In this document: positions 46,781-60,500 of the stretch, piece by piece | How positions within the stretch are numbered: position 1 is the first letter of the stretch | Layout of the letters: each line of letters begins with the position of its first letter | Origin: Squalus acanthias | Taxonomy: Eukaryota | Length of the DNA: 64,000 nt | Direction: 5' to 3' | NCBI GenBank assembly: GCA_030390025.1 | Contig: JASTWF010000035.1 | Coordinates: forward strand, 3,968,001 to 4,032,000 | Program-made: the position numbers and the translations under genes | Notes under the pieces: model-generated | What the model saw: the letters and a program-made list of their open reading frames with translations, nothing else | Databases searched by the model: none | Told to the model about the DNA's origin: nothing

Positions 46781-47826
46781 CATTGAAGTATATACCATTT
46801 AGTATAGGCAAACCTCCTTGTTGACTACTATCTAGCCCTTTATTCCTCTGTCCTTCCAATTTACTTTCTACGTTTTTGTTTTCCAATTCCAGTTTTTCTT
46901 CCCTCCTTATTGACTCTATACTTAGGTTCCCATCCCCCTGCCAAGCTAGTTTAAACCCTCCCCAACAGCACTCGCAAACCCTCCCGCGAGGATATTGGTC
47001 CCGGTCCCGTTCCCGTTGAGGTGCAACCTGTCTGGCTTGTAGAGGTCCCACCTCCCCCAGAAACGGTTCCAATTCCTCAGGAATCTAAAGCCCTCGCTCC
47101 TACACCATCTCTCCAGCCACGCATTCATCGGCTCTATCTTCCTATTTCTGAACTCACTAGCATGTGGCACTGGTACCTTTGAGGTCCTGCTTTTTAACCT
47201 CTTTGTTAGCTCCCTAAACTCTGCCTGCAGGACCTCATCCCTCTTCCTACCTGTGTCATTGGTACCGATACAGACCACGACCTCTGGCTGTTCACCCTAC
47301 CCCCTCAGACTGCCCTGCAGCTGTTCAGTGACATCCTTGACCCTGGAACCAGGGAATGTAAGTTGTGAGGAGGATGCAAAGAGGCTTCAAGGGGATATAG
47401 GCAGGCTAAGTGAGAGGGCAAGAACATGGCAAATGGAATATAATGTGGAGAAATGTGAAGTTATCCACTTTGGTAGGAAAAATAGAAAAGCAGAGTATTT
47501 TTTAAATGGTGAGAGATTGGGAAATGTTGGTGTTCAAAGGGACCTGGGTGTCCTTGTACAAGAATCACTGAAAGTTAACATGCAGGTACAGCAAGCAATT
47601 AGGAAAGCAAATGATATGTTGGCCTTTATTACAAGAGGATTTGAGTTATAAGAGTAAAGACGTCTTACTGCACTTATTTAGGGCCCTGGTGAGACCACAC
47701 CTGGAGTATTGTGTACAGTTTTGGTCTCCTTACCTAAGGAAGCGGAGATGCCGGTGTTGGACTGGGGTGGACAAAAATGAGAAGTCGCACAACACCAGGT
47801 TATAGTCCAACAGTTTTATTTAAAAT

Positions 47827-47862
47827 TACGAGCTTTCGGAGCGGCTGCTCCTTCGTCAGGTA
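47827..47862 (-). ncRNA. Minimal type I hammerhead ribozyme (second Penelope family)
   Basis: Reverse complement of 48745-48780. Confidence 0.75.
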
Positions 47863-48081
47863 CAGTGAGGGAATACAAATCGATTACACCGTATATAAAC
47901 ACAGAACAATGTGTCTGCAGAGATACAATCTGTTAGGGTTAGCTTTCTCCAAGGCAGCCTTCATAGAAACATAGAAACTAGGAGCAGGAGTAGGCCATTC
48001 GGCCCGTCGAGCCTGCTCCACCATTCAATACGATCATGGCTGATCATCCAAATCCAGTACCCTGTCCCTGCTTTCTCACAC

Positions 48082-48408
48082 AGAATCCCCATCGAGCCTG
48101 CACCGACACATATCCCACCCTATCCCCGTAACCCCACGTATTTAATTCCCCCTAACATATCCCATCCTATCCCTGTAACCCCACATATTTAATCCCCCCC
48201 TAACACTAAGGGTCAATTTATCATAGCCAAATCAACCTAACCCGCACATTTTTGGACTGTGGGAGGAAACCGGAGCACCCGGAGGAAACCCACGCAGACA
48301 CGGGGAGAATGTGCAAACTCCACACAGACAGTCACCCGAGGCCGGATTCGAGCCCGGGTCCCTGGCGCTGTGAGGCACCAGTGCTAACCACTATGCCACC
48401 GTGCCGCC
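48082..48408 (-). mobile_element. tRNA-derived SINE (HE1/V-SINE type)
   Basis: GGCACGGTGGCATAGTGGTTAGC A-box, GCTCGAATCC B-box-like motif, V-domain TGTGGAGTTTGCACATTCTCCCCGTGTCTGCGTGGGTTTCCTCCGGGTGCTCCGGTTTCCTCCCAC. Confidence 0.9.
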
Positions 48409-48744
48409 TTCGAGACACACGACAACGCAAAATCATCGAGCAGAAACTGATAGCCAAGTTCCGCACTCATGAGGACGGCCTCAACAGGGATCTCGGGTTC
48501 ATGTCACGCTACAGAACGTGACTCGACATCGTTGTCTGTTTTTCCAGTTTTTAAAAAAAAGTTAAAAGCTTAACTGCAGATGGCAGCATTTGACACGTTG
48601 GACCCCCTGTGACCCACCTCATTGTCTTAGCTGTACTCTGATGTGTCTTTGATGTAATGCCTTCCTAACAGATTGTATCTCTGCAGACACATTGTTCTGT
48701 GTTTATATACGGTGTAATCGATTTGTGTTCCCTCACTTTACCTG

Positions 48745-48780
48745 TACCTGACGAAGGAGCAGCCGCTCCGAAAGCTCGTA
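48745..48780 (+). ncRNA. Minimal type I hammerhead ribozyme (second Penelope family)
   Basis: TAC CTGACGA A GGAGC AGCC GCTCC GAA AGCT C GTA. Confidence 0.75.
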
Positions 48781-48936
48781 ATTTTAAATAAAACTGTTGG
48801 ACTATAACCTGGTGTTGTGCGACTTCTCATTTTTACCTAAGGAAGGATATACTTGCCATAGAGGGAGTGCAACGAAGGTTCACCAGACTGGTTCCTGGGA
48901 TGGGGGGATTGTCCGATGAAGACAGATTAAGTAGAC

Positions 48937-49382
48937 CTTTTTTTTTTATTCGTATATGGGATGTGGGCGTCGCTGGCAAGGCCAGCATTTATTGCCCATC
49001 CCTAATTGCCCTTGAGAAGGTGGTGGTGAGCCGCTGCCTTGAACTGCTGCAGTCCGTGTGGTGAAGGTAGTCCCACAGTGCTGTTAGGGAGGGAGTGCCA
49101 GGATTTTGACCCAGTGACGATGAAGGATCGGCGATATATTTCTAAGTCAGGATGGTGTGTGACTTGGAGGGGAACTTGGAGCTGATGGTGTTCCCATGCG
49201 CCTGCTGCTCTTGTCCTTCTAGGTGGAAGAGGTCGTGGGTTTGGGAGGTGCTGCCAAAGAAGCCTTGGCGAGTTGCTGCAGTGCATCTTGTAGATGGTAC
49301 ACACTGCAGCCACGGTGCGCCGGTGGTGGAGGGAGTGAATGTTTAAGGTGGGGGATGGGGTGCCAATCAAGCGGGCTGCTTT
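48937..49382 (-). mobile_element. 3' end of the second LINE family with poly(A) tail
   Basis: SLHHRRTVAAVCTIYK...HHHLLKGN*, then AATAAA and an A-rich tail. Assignment to the same family as 22206-23949 is inferred, as the two do not overlap. Confidence 0.75.
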
Positions 49383-50423
49383 GTCTAGGCCTATATTCTC
49401 TGGAGTTTAGAAGAATGAGAGGCGATATCATTGAAGCATACAAAATTCTTACAGGGCCTGTCAGGGTAGATACAGGGAGGATGTTTCCCCTGGCTGGGGA
49501 GTCTAGAACCAGGGGTCACAGTCTCAGAATAATGGGTCGGCCATTTAGGACTGAGATAAGGAGATATTTCTTCACTCAGAGGGTGGTGAATCTTTGGAAT
49601 TCTCTACCCCAGAGGGCTGTGGAGGCTCAGTCGTTGAGTATATTCAAGACAGAGATCGATAGATGTTTGAATATTAAGGAATCAAGGGATACGGGGATAG
49701 CGCAGGAAAGTGGAGATGAGGTAGAAGATCAGACATGTTCTTATTGAATGGCAGAGCAGGCTCGAAGGGCCAAATGGCCGACTCCTGCTCCTATTTACAG
49801 CGGCGGACCTGGGCGAGAAGTGAGTGGAGCAGCGAGGCTATAAAAGCCTGCGGTATCCAGGTAGGCCCCTCTTTTACAGCGGCGGACCTGGGCGAGAAGT
49901 GAGTGGAGCAGCGAGGCTAAAAAGCTATACAGGGTGATTGCTTTAATAGTGCGGGTCGCAGTGGTTGCTGGGTAAGTTTTTTTTTACCTGTATATAAGTT
50001 GGCGGTTTTTAAACCCGAGACACTACACTTGTAGTGTCCCCCACCCTTCCACCTCTTCTAACCTAAAGGGGATGAGTGTATATCAGGAGGCCCGGTGAGT
50101 ATCTAAACTGACTTTCACGGACTTTTGTTTGCAGAGGTTAACCAATCTCAGACCGGCGGCGGCGTTCCAGAGCCACGTTACGATTCAAAATGTGACATGG
50201 GCAGGAGGGAGCGGCTGATTGGGTGAGTACGGCAAGTTAGTATTTATACTACTTTATAGTTTGATAGTTAAGGTTCATAGTTTATAAAGTTTCGAAGATC
50301 TTAATTTTGTGATTATAATTTCTAGTGCTAGTAACCAAGGGCCCTTGAGTAATTCATTTAATTGAGTGAAATTGGTGGTATTGATTTGATTTAATTAAAG
50401 TTCAATTAATTAAAGGGTAAGTC

Positions 50424-51372
50424 ATGGCAGGACAGCCCAGCCCCGTGTTGTGCTCCTGCTGCTCTATGTGGGAAATCAGGGACCCTTCCGGTGTCCCTGA
50501 CGACCATGTGTGCAGGAAGTGTATCCAGCTGTAGCTACTGACAGCCCGCATTGCGGCGCTGGAGCTGCGGCTGGATGCATATTGGAGCATTCGCGATGCT
50601 GAGAACCTCGTGCATAGCACGTTTAGTGAGTTGGTCACCCCGCAGGTGAAGGGTGTACAGGCAGGAAGGGAATGGGTGACCACCAGACAGAGTAGGAGGT
50701 GCAGGCAGGTAGTGCAGGGGTCCCCTGTGGCCATCCCCCTCTCAAACAGATATACCGCTTTGGATACTGTTGGGGGGGATGACTTAGCAGGGGAAGGCAG
50801 CAGCAGCCAACTTCCTGGCACCATGGGCGGCTCTGCTGCACAGGCTGGGAGGAAAAAGAGTGGAAGAGCTATAGTGATAGGGGACTCAATTGTAAGGGGA
50901 ATAGATAGGCGTTTCTGCGGCCGCAACCGAGACTCCAGGATGGTGTGTTGCCTCCCTGGTGCAAGGGTCAAGGACGTCTTGGAGCGGCTACAGAACATTT
51001 TGGAGGGGGAGGGTGAACAGCCAGCTGTCGTGGTGCACATAGGCACCAACGATATAGGTAAAAAAGGGGATGAGGTCCTAAAAGCAGAATATAGGGAGTT
51101 AGGAGGTAAATTAAAAAATAGGACCTCAGGTAGTAATCTCAGGATTGCTACCAGTGCCACGTGCTAGTCAGAGTAGAAATAGGAGGATATTTCAAATGAA
51201 TACGTGGCTAGAGGAATGGTGCAAGGGGGAGGGATTCAAATTCCTGGGACATTGGAACCGGTTCTGGGGGAGGTGGGACCAGTACAAACCGGACGGTCTG
51301 CACCTGGGCAGGGCCGGAACCACTGTCCTAGGGGGAGTGTTTGCTAGTGCTGTTGGGGAGGATTTAAACTAA
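50424..51372 (+). pseudogene. CR1 ORF1 (Cys-rich, coiled coil, SGNH esterase) with premature stop and frameshift
   Basis: MAGQPSPVLCSCC...CRKCIQL* (TAG 50532-50534); GDSIVR, HIGTND, DGLH; frameshift near 51128. Confidence 0.9.
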
Positions 51373-54310
51373 TGTGGCAGGGGGTTGGGAACCTGAGCAA
51401 GGAGACAGAGGAAAGCATGTTAGGAAGGGACAGAAGGTATGGAGTAAAAGGTAAAGTGTTAAATAAGGAAAAAGCAGGAAGTAAGTGTCGCAAAACACAT
51501 TTGAAAGTTCTTTATCTGAATGCACGTAGCATTAATAACAAAATTGATGAGTTAACGCCACAAATAACTATGTATGGGTATGATCTTGTGGCCATTACAG
51601 AAACATGGCTGCTGGGTGACAACGTCTGGGAATTAAATATGCCAGGGTATTTAACAATCAGGAAGGACAGGCAGGAAGGAAGGGGAGGGGGGGTGGCTAT
51701 GTTAATAAAGGAAGGAATCACTGTAATACAGAGAAATGATATTGGGTCAAAAGATCAGGATAATGAAACAGTTTGGGTAGAGATAAGGAATAATAAGGGG
51801 AAAAAAACACTGGTGGGCGTAGTATATAGGCCTCCTAATAGTTGCAACTCTGTTGGAAGAAGTATTAATCAGGAAATAGTTGTGGCATGTAATAAGGGAA
51901 CAGCTATAATTATGGGGGATTTTAACTATCATATTAACTGGACAAATCAAATTGGGCAGGGCAGCCTTGAGGAAGAGTTTATTGAGTGTCTTAGGGATGG
52001 ATTTCTTGAGCAGTATGTAACTGATCCTACAAGGGGGCAAGCAACCTTGGACCTGGTACTGTGTAATGAGTCTGGATTAATTAATAATGTCCTAGTTAAG
52101 GATCCCCTTGGAATGAGTGACCATAACATGGTTGAATTCCATATCCAATTAGAGGGTGAGAAGGTTGGTTCTCAAACGAGCATACTGAGCTTGAATAAAG
52201 GAGACTATGATGGCATGAGAGCAGAATTGATTAAAGTGGACTGGGAAAATAGATTAAAGGGTAAGACGGTACATGAGCAGTGGTGTTCATTTAAGGAGTT
52301 ATTTTACAACTTTCAAAATAAATATATTCCACTGAGGAAAAAAGGGTGTAAAAGAAATGACAGCCATCCATGGCTAAGTAAAGAAATTAAAGAAAGTATC
52401 CAACTAAAAACAAGGACGTATAAGGTAGCCAAAGTTAGTGGGAGGATAGAAGATTGGGAAGTCTTCAAAAGACAACAAAAAGTAACTAAAGGATTGATTA
52501 AGAAAGGGAAAATAGACTATGAAAATAAATTAGCAAAAAATATAAAAACAGATAGCAAGAGTTTCTATAGTTATATAAAAAGAAAAAGGGTGGTTAAGGC
52601 AAACGTAGGTCCCTTAGAGGATGAGACCGGGAAATTAATGGTGGGAAACATGGAGATGGCAAAAATGCTGAACAAATATTTTGTTTCAGTCTTTACGGTA
52701 GAGGACACTAAGAATATCCCAACACTGGACAAACAGGTGGCTCTAGTGGGGGAGGAGCTAAATACGATTAAAATCACTAAGGAATTGGTACTCAGTAAAA
52801 TAATGGGACTCAAGGCGGATAAATCACCTGGACCTGATGGCTTACATCCTAGGGTCTTGAGGGAAGTGGCAGTAGGAATTGTGGATGCTTTGGTAATAAT
52901 TTTCCAAAACTCCCTGAACTCAGCAAAGGTCCCGGCAGATTGGAAAACTGCTAATCTAACACCCTTATTTAAAAAAGGTTGTAGGCAGAAGGCTGGAAAT
53001 TATAGACCAGTTAGCCTAACATCTGTGGTGGGTAAAATTTGGAGTCTATTATTAAGGAGACAGTAACGGAACATTTAGATAAACATAATTTAATAGGACA
53101 AAGTCAGCATGGCTTTATGAAGGGGAAGTCATGTCTGACAAATTTGCTCGAGTTCTTTGAGGACATAACGTACAGGGTGGATAAAGGGGAACCAGTGGAT
53201 GTAGTGTATTTAGACTTCCAGAAGGCATTCGACAAGGTGCCACATAAAAGATTATTACTCAAGATAAAAAATCACTGGATTGGGGGTAATATTCTGGCAT
53301 GGGTGGAGGATTGGTTATCTAACAGGAAGCAGAGAGTTGGGATAAATGGTTCATTCTCGGACTGGCAACCAGTAGCCAGTGGTGTTCCGCAGGGGTCGGT
53401 GCTGGGTCCCCAACTCTTTAAAATCTATATTAACGATTTGGAGGAGGGGACCGAGTGTAACATATCAAAGTTTGCAGATGATACAAAGATGGGAGGGAAA
53501 GTAGAGAGTGAGGAGGACATAAAAAACCTACAAGGGGATATAGACAGGCTGGGTGAGTGGGCAGAGATTTGGCAGATGCAATACAATATTGGAAAGTGTG
53601 AGGTTATGCACTTTGGCAGGAAAAATCATAGAGCAAGTTATTATCTTAATGGCGAGAAACTGGAAAGTACTGCAGTACAAAGGGATCTGGGGGTCTTGGT
53701 GCAAGAAAATCAAAAAGTTAGTATGCAGGTGCAGCAGGTGATCAAGAAAGCCAATGGAATGTTGGCTTTTATTGCTAGGGGGATAGAATATAAAAACAGG
53801 GAGGTATTGCTGCAGTTGTATAGGGTATTGGTGAGACCGCACCTGGAGTACTGCATACAGTTTTGGTGTCCATACTTAAGAAAAGACATACTTGCTCTCG
53901 AGGCAGTACAAAGAAGGTTCACTCGGTTAATTCTGGGGATGAGGGGGTGGACATACGAGGAGAGGTTGAGTAGATTGGGACTCTACTCATTGGAGTTCAG
54001 AAGAATGAGAGGCGATCTTATTGAAACATATAAGATTGTGAAGGGGCTTGATCGGGTGGACGCGGTGAGGATGTTCCCAATGATGGGTGAAACTAGAACT
54101 AGGGGACATAATCTTAGAATAAGGGGCTCCTCTTTCAAAACTGAGATGAGGAGAAACTTTTTCACTCAGAGGGTAGTGGGTCAGTGGAATTTGCTACCCC
54201 AGGAAGCTGTGGAAGCTACTTCATTAAATAAATTTAAAACAGAAATAGACCGTTTCCTAGAAGTAAAGGGTATCAGGGGTTACGGGGAGCGGGCTGGAAA
54301 CTGGACATGA
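51372..54310 (+). pseudogene. CR1 ORF2 with a single frameshift near 53039
   Basis: ORFs 51372-53066 and 53039-54310 join at VVGKI/LESIIK. Confidence 0.92.
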
Positions 54311-54508
54311 GTTTGAGTTCGGATCGCTCAAGGCCCTGTGGGTGGCGGAGCGGGCCCAGGGGCCGAGTGGCCTGGTCCTGCTCCTACTTCTTGTGTTCTT
54401 TAGAGTTGAGGTTGGATCAGATCAGCCATGATCTCATTGAATGGCGGAGCAGGCTCGAGGGGCCGATTGGTCTACTCCTGCTCCTATTTCTTATGTTCTT
54501 ATGTTCTG

Positions 54509-57500
54509 ATAACACACTCGCTCACTAAACACAGACACACACAGATAACACACTCGCTCACTAAACACACACACACATAACACACTCGCTCACTAAAGAC
54601 ACACACACAGATAACACACACGCTCACTAAACACACACACAGATAACACACTCACTCACTAAACACACACAGATAACACACTCGCTCACTAAACACACAC
54701 ACAGATAACACACTCGCTCACTAAACACACACACAGATAACACACTCGCTCACTAAACACACACACAGATAACACACTCGCTCACTAAACACACACACAC
54801 ACAGATAACACACTCGCACACTAAACACACACAAACAAAGATAACACACTCGCTCACTAAACACACACACACACACAGATAACACACTCACTCACTAACC
54901 ACACCCACACAGATAACACACTCGCTCACTAAACACAGAAAAATAACACACTCGCTCACTAAACACACACACACACAGATAACACACTCACTCACTAAAC
55001 ACACACACAGATAACACACTCGCTCACTAAACACACACACACAGATAACACACTCGCTCACTAAACACACACACACACAGATAACACACTCACTCACTAA
55101 ACACACACACAGATAACACACTCGCTCACTAAACACACACACACAAAGATAACACACTCGCTCACTAAACACACACACACACAGATAACACACTCGCTCA
55201 CTAAACACACACACTCAAAGATGACACACTCGCACACTAAACACACACACACACAGATAACACACTCGCTCACTAAACACACACACAGATAATACACTCG
55301 CTCACTAAACACACGCACAGATAACACACTCACTCACGAAACACACACACACAGATAACACACTCGCTCACTAAACACACACACACACACATAACACACT
55401 CGCTCACTAAACACACACACACACAGATAACCCACTCGCTCACTAAACACACACACAGATAATACACGGTCACTAAACGCACACACACAGATGACACACC
55501 CATTCAATAAACACACACAGAGATAACACACTTGCACACTAAACACACACACACACAGATAACACACTGGCTCACTAAGCACATACACAGATAATACACT
55601 CGCTCACTAACCACACCCACACACATAGCACACTCACTCACTAGACACACACACTGATAACAGACTCACACACTAAACACACACACACACACAGATAACA
55701 CACTCGCTCACTAAACACACACACACACAGATAACACACTCGCTCACTAAACACACACACACAGATAACACACTCGCTCACTAAACACACACACACACAC
55801 AGATAACACACTCGCTCACTAAACACACACACACAAAGATAACACACTCGCTCACTAAACACACACACACACACACACAGATAACACACTTGCTCACTAA
55901 ACACACACACACAAAGATAACACACTCGCTCACTAAACACACACACACACACAGATAACACACTTGCTCACTAAACACACACACACAAAGATAACACACT
56001 CGCTCACTAAACACACACACACACACAGATAACACACTCGCTCATTAAACACACACACAGATAATACACTCGCTCACTAAACACACACACAGATAATACA
56101 CTCGCTCACTAAACACACACACAGATAACACACTCGCTCACTAAACACACACACACACATAGATAACACACTCGCTCACTAAACACACACACACACATAG
56201 ATAACAGACTCGCTCACTAAACACACACACACACATAGATAACAGACTCGCTCACTAAACACACACACACATAGATAACACACTCGCTCACTGAACACAC
56301 ACACACACATAGATAACACACTCGCTCACTAAACACACACACACACATAGATAACAGACTCGCTCACTAAACACACACACACACAGATAATACACTCGCT
56401 CACTAACCACACCCACACAGATAACACACTCGCTCACAAAACACACACACAGATAATACACTCGCTCACTAAACACATACACAGATAACACACTCGCACA
56501 CTAAACACACACACAGATAATACACTCGCTCACTAAACACACGCACAGATAACACACTCGCTCACTAAAAACAGAAAAATAACACACTCGCTTACTATAC
56601 AAACACACAGATAACACACTCGCTCACTAAACACACAGATAACACACTGGCTCACTAAACACACACAGATAACACACTCGTTCACTAAACACACACACAG
56701 TTAACACACACGCTCACTAAACACACACAGATAACACACTGGCTCACTAAGCACATACACAGATAATACACTCACTCACTAGACACACACACACTGATAA
56801 CAGACTCACACACAAAACACACACACACACAGATAACACACTCGCTCACTGAACACGCACACACACACAGATAACACACTCGTTCACTAAACACACACAC
56901 ACAGATAACACACTCGCTCACTAAACACACACACACACAGATAACACACTCGTTCACTAAACACACACACACAGATAACACACTCGCTCACTAAACACAC
57001 ACACACACAGATAACACACTCGCTCACTAAACACACACACACACACAGATAACACACTCGCTCACTAAACACACACACACACAGATAACACACTCGCTCA
57101 CTAAACACACACACACACAGATAACACACTCGCTCACTAAACACACACACACACAGATAACACACTCGCTCACTAAACACACACACACACACACAGATAA
57201 CACACTCGCTCACTGAACACGCACACACACAGATAACACACTCGCTCACTAAACACACACACACAGATAACACACTCGCTCACTAAACACACACACACAC
57301 AGATAACACACTCGCTCACTAAACACACACACACACACAGATAACACACTCGCTCACTGAACACACACACACACACAGATAACACACTCGCTCACTACAC
57401 ACACACACAGATAACACACTCGCTCACTGAACACACACACAGATAACTCACTCGTTCACTAAACACACACTCAGATAACACACTCGCTCACTAAACACAC

Positions 57501-60500
57501 ACACACACAGATAACACACTCGCTCACTAAACACACACACACACACAGATAACACACTCGCTCACTAAACACACACACACAGATAACACACTCGCTCACT
57601 GAACACACACACACACAGATAACACACTCGCTCACTAAACACACACACACACAGATAACACACTCGCTCACTAAACACACACACACAGATAACACACTCG
57701 CTGACTGAACACACACACACACACAGATAACACACTCGCTCACTGAACACACACACGCACACAGATAACACACTCGCTCACTAAACACACACACACACAC
57801 AGATAACACACTCGCTCACTGAACACACACACACACAGATAACACACTTGCTCACTAAACACACACACAAAGATAACACACTCGCTCACTAAACACACAC
57901 ACACACACAGATAACACACTCGCTCACTAAACACACACAGATAACACACTGGCTCACTAAACACACACAGATAACACACTCGTTCACTAAACACACACAC
58001 AGTTAACACACACGCTCACTAAACACACACAGATAACACACTCGTTCACTAAACACACACACAGTTAACACACACGCTCACTAAACACACACAGATAACA
58101 CACTCGCTCACTAAACACACACACACATAACACACTCGCTCACTAAACACACACACAGATAACACACTCGCTCACTAAACACACACACACACACAACACA
58201 CTCGCTCACTAAACACACACACAGATAACACACTCGCTCACTAAACACACACACAGATAACACACTCGCTCACTAAACACACACACAGATAACACACACG
58301 CTCACTAAACACACACACAGATAACACACACGCTCACTAAATACACACACAGATAACACACTCGCTCACTAGACACACACAGATAAAATACTTGCTCACT
58401 TGACACACACACAGATAACGCACTCGCTCACTAAACACACACACAGATAACACACTCGCTCACTAAACACACACACACATAACACACTCGCTCACTAAAC
58501 ACACACACAGACAACACACTCGCTCACTAAACACAAACACAGATAATACACTCGCTCACTCAACACACACACAGATAACACACTCGCTCACTAAACACAC
58601 ACACAGATAACACACTCGCTCACTAAACACACACACACACAGATAACACACTCGCTCACTAAACACAGACACACACAGATAACACACTCGCTCACTAAAC
58701 ACACACACACACATAACACAATCGCTCACTAAACACACACACACAGATAACACACTCGCTCACTAAACACACACACACACAGATAACACACTCGCTCACT
58801 AAACACACAGATAACACACTCGTTCACTAAAGACACACACACAGATAACACACTCACTCACTAAACACACACACAGATAACACACTCGCTCACTAAACAC
58901 ACACACACACACAACACACTCGCTCACTAAACACACACACAGATAACACACTCGCTCACTAAACACACACACAGATAACACACTCGCTCACTAAACACAC
59001 ACACAGATAACACACACGCTCACTAAACACACACACAGATAACACACACGCTCACTAAATACACACACAGATAACACACTCGCTCACTAGACACACACAG
59101 ATAAAATACTTGCTCACTTGACACACACACAGATAACGCACTCGCTCACTAAACACACACACAGATAACACACTCGCTCACTAAACACACACACACATAA
59201 CACACTCGCTCACTAAACACACACACAGACAACACACTCGCTCACTAAACACAAACACAGATAATACACTCGCTCACTCAACACACACACAGATAACACA
59301 CTCGCTCACTAAACACACACACAGATAACACACTCGCTCACTAAACACACACACACACAGATAACACACTCGCTCACTAAACACAGACACACACAGATAA
59401 CACACTCGCTCACTAAACACACACACACACATAACACAATCGCTCACTAAACACACACACACAGATAACACACTCGCTCACTAAACACACACACACACAG
59501 ATAACACACTCGCTCACTAAACACACAGATAACACACTCGTTCACTAAATACACACACACAGATAACACACTCACTCACTAAACACACACAGATAACACA
59601 CTCGTTCACTAAACACACACAGATAACACACACGCTCACTAAACACACACACAGATAACACACTCACTCACTAAAGACACACAGATAACACACTCGCTCA
59701 CTAAACACACACAGATAACACACTCGCTCACTAAACACACACAGATAACACACTCGCTCACTAAACACACACGCAGATAAAATACTTGCTCAGTAGACAC
59801 ACACACAGATAACACACTCACTCACTAAACACACACACAGATAACACACTCGCTCACTAAACACACACACAGATAATACACGGTCACTAAACGCACACAC
59901 ACAGATAACACACCCGTTCAATAAACACACACAGAGATAACACACTCGCACACTAAACACACACACACAAAGATAACACACTCGCTCACTAAACACACAC
60001 ACAGATAACACACTCGCTTACTAAACACACACACAGATAATGCACTCGATCACTAACCACACCCACACACATAGCACACTCACTCACTAGACACACACAC
60101 ACTGATAACAGACTCACACACTAAACATACACACACACAGATAACACACTCGCTCACTAAACACACACACACACAGATAACACACTCACTCACTAAACAC
60201 ACACACAGATAACACACTCGCTCACTAAACACACACACACAAAGATAACACACTCGCTCACTAAACACACACACACAGATAACACACTCGCTCACTAAAC
60301 ACACACACTCAAAGATAACACACTCACTCACTAAACACACACACTCAAAGATCACACACTCGCACACTAAACACACACACACACAGATAACACACTCGCT
60401 CACTAAACACACACACAGATAACACACTCGCTCACTAAACACACACACACACATAACACAATCGCTCACTAAAGACACACACAGATAACACACTCACTCA

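Larger units (their letters stand above)
39757..47351 (-). mobile_element. CR1 host split into three pieces (39757-41871, 44870-45275, 46781-47351)
   Basis: Collinear frames YFNA|SIANKADEL and GDFNYPNINWD|KISVKG across the inserts. Confidence 0.85.
47743..48832. mobile_element. Second Penelope-like family: inverted terminal repeats around a GIY-YIG C-terminal stub, a CR1 tail and a SINE
   Basis: 13-bp TSD TTACCTAAGGAAG (47730-47742, 48833-48845); about 47773-47937 is the inverse of about 48664-48834; RKIIEQKLIAKFRTHEDGLNRD. Confidence 0.88.
47352..49795 (+). mobile_element. CR1 3' fragment interrupted by a Penelope composite and a LINE tail
   Basis: Frame SPYLRK|DILAI...DRLSR|LGLYSLEFRR continues across the inserts. 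Confidence 0.85.
49794..54508 (+). mobile_element. Full-length CR1 LINE with 5' UTR, ORF1, ORF2 and duplicated 3' UTR
   Basis: 79-bp-period 5' repeat, ORF1 ATG at 50424, TAATG ORF1/ORF2 overlap at 51370-51374, (CTTATGTT) tail. Confidence 0.95.

Noticed and set aside
47932..47942. Telomere-like GTTAGGGTTAG at a Penelope junction
   Set aside because: Under two repeat units and partly explained by the element's own TGTTAGG sequence.
48330..48408. tRNA gene
   Set aside because: It is the head of a V-SINE; the head at 23860-23949 likewise lacks a proper cloverleaf and terminator.
50402..51160. Antisense ORFs over CR1 coding regions (many in the track)
   Set aside because: Shadow frames of ORF1/ORF2 with no independent evidence.
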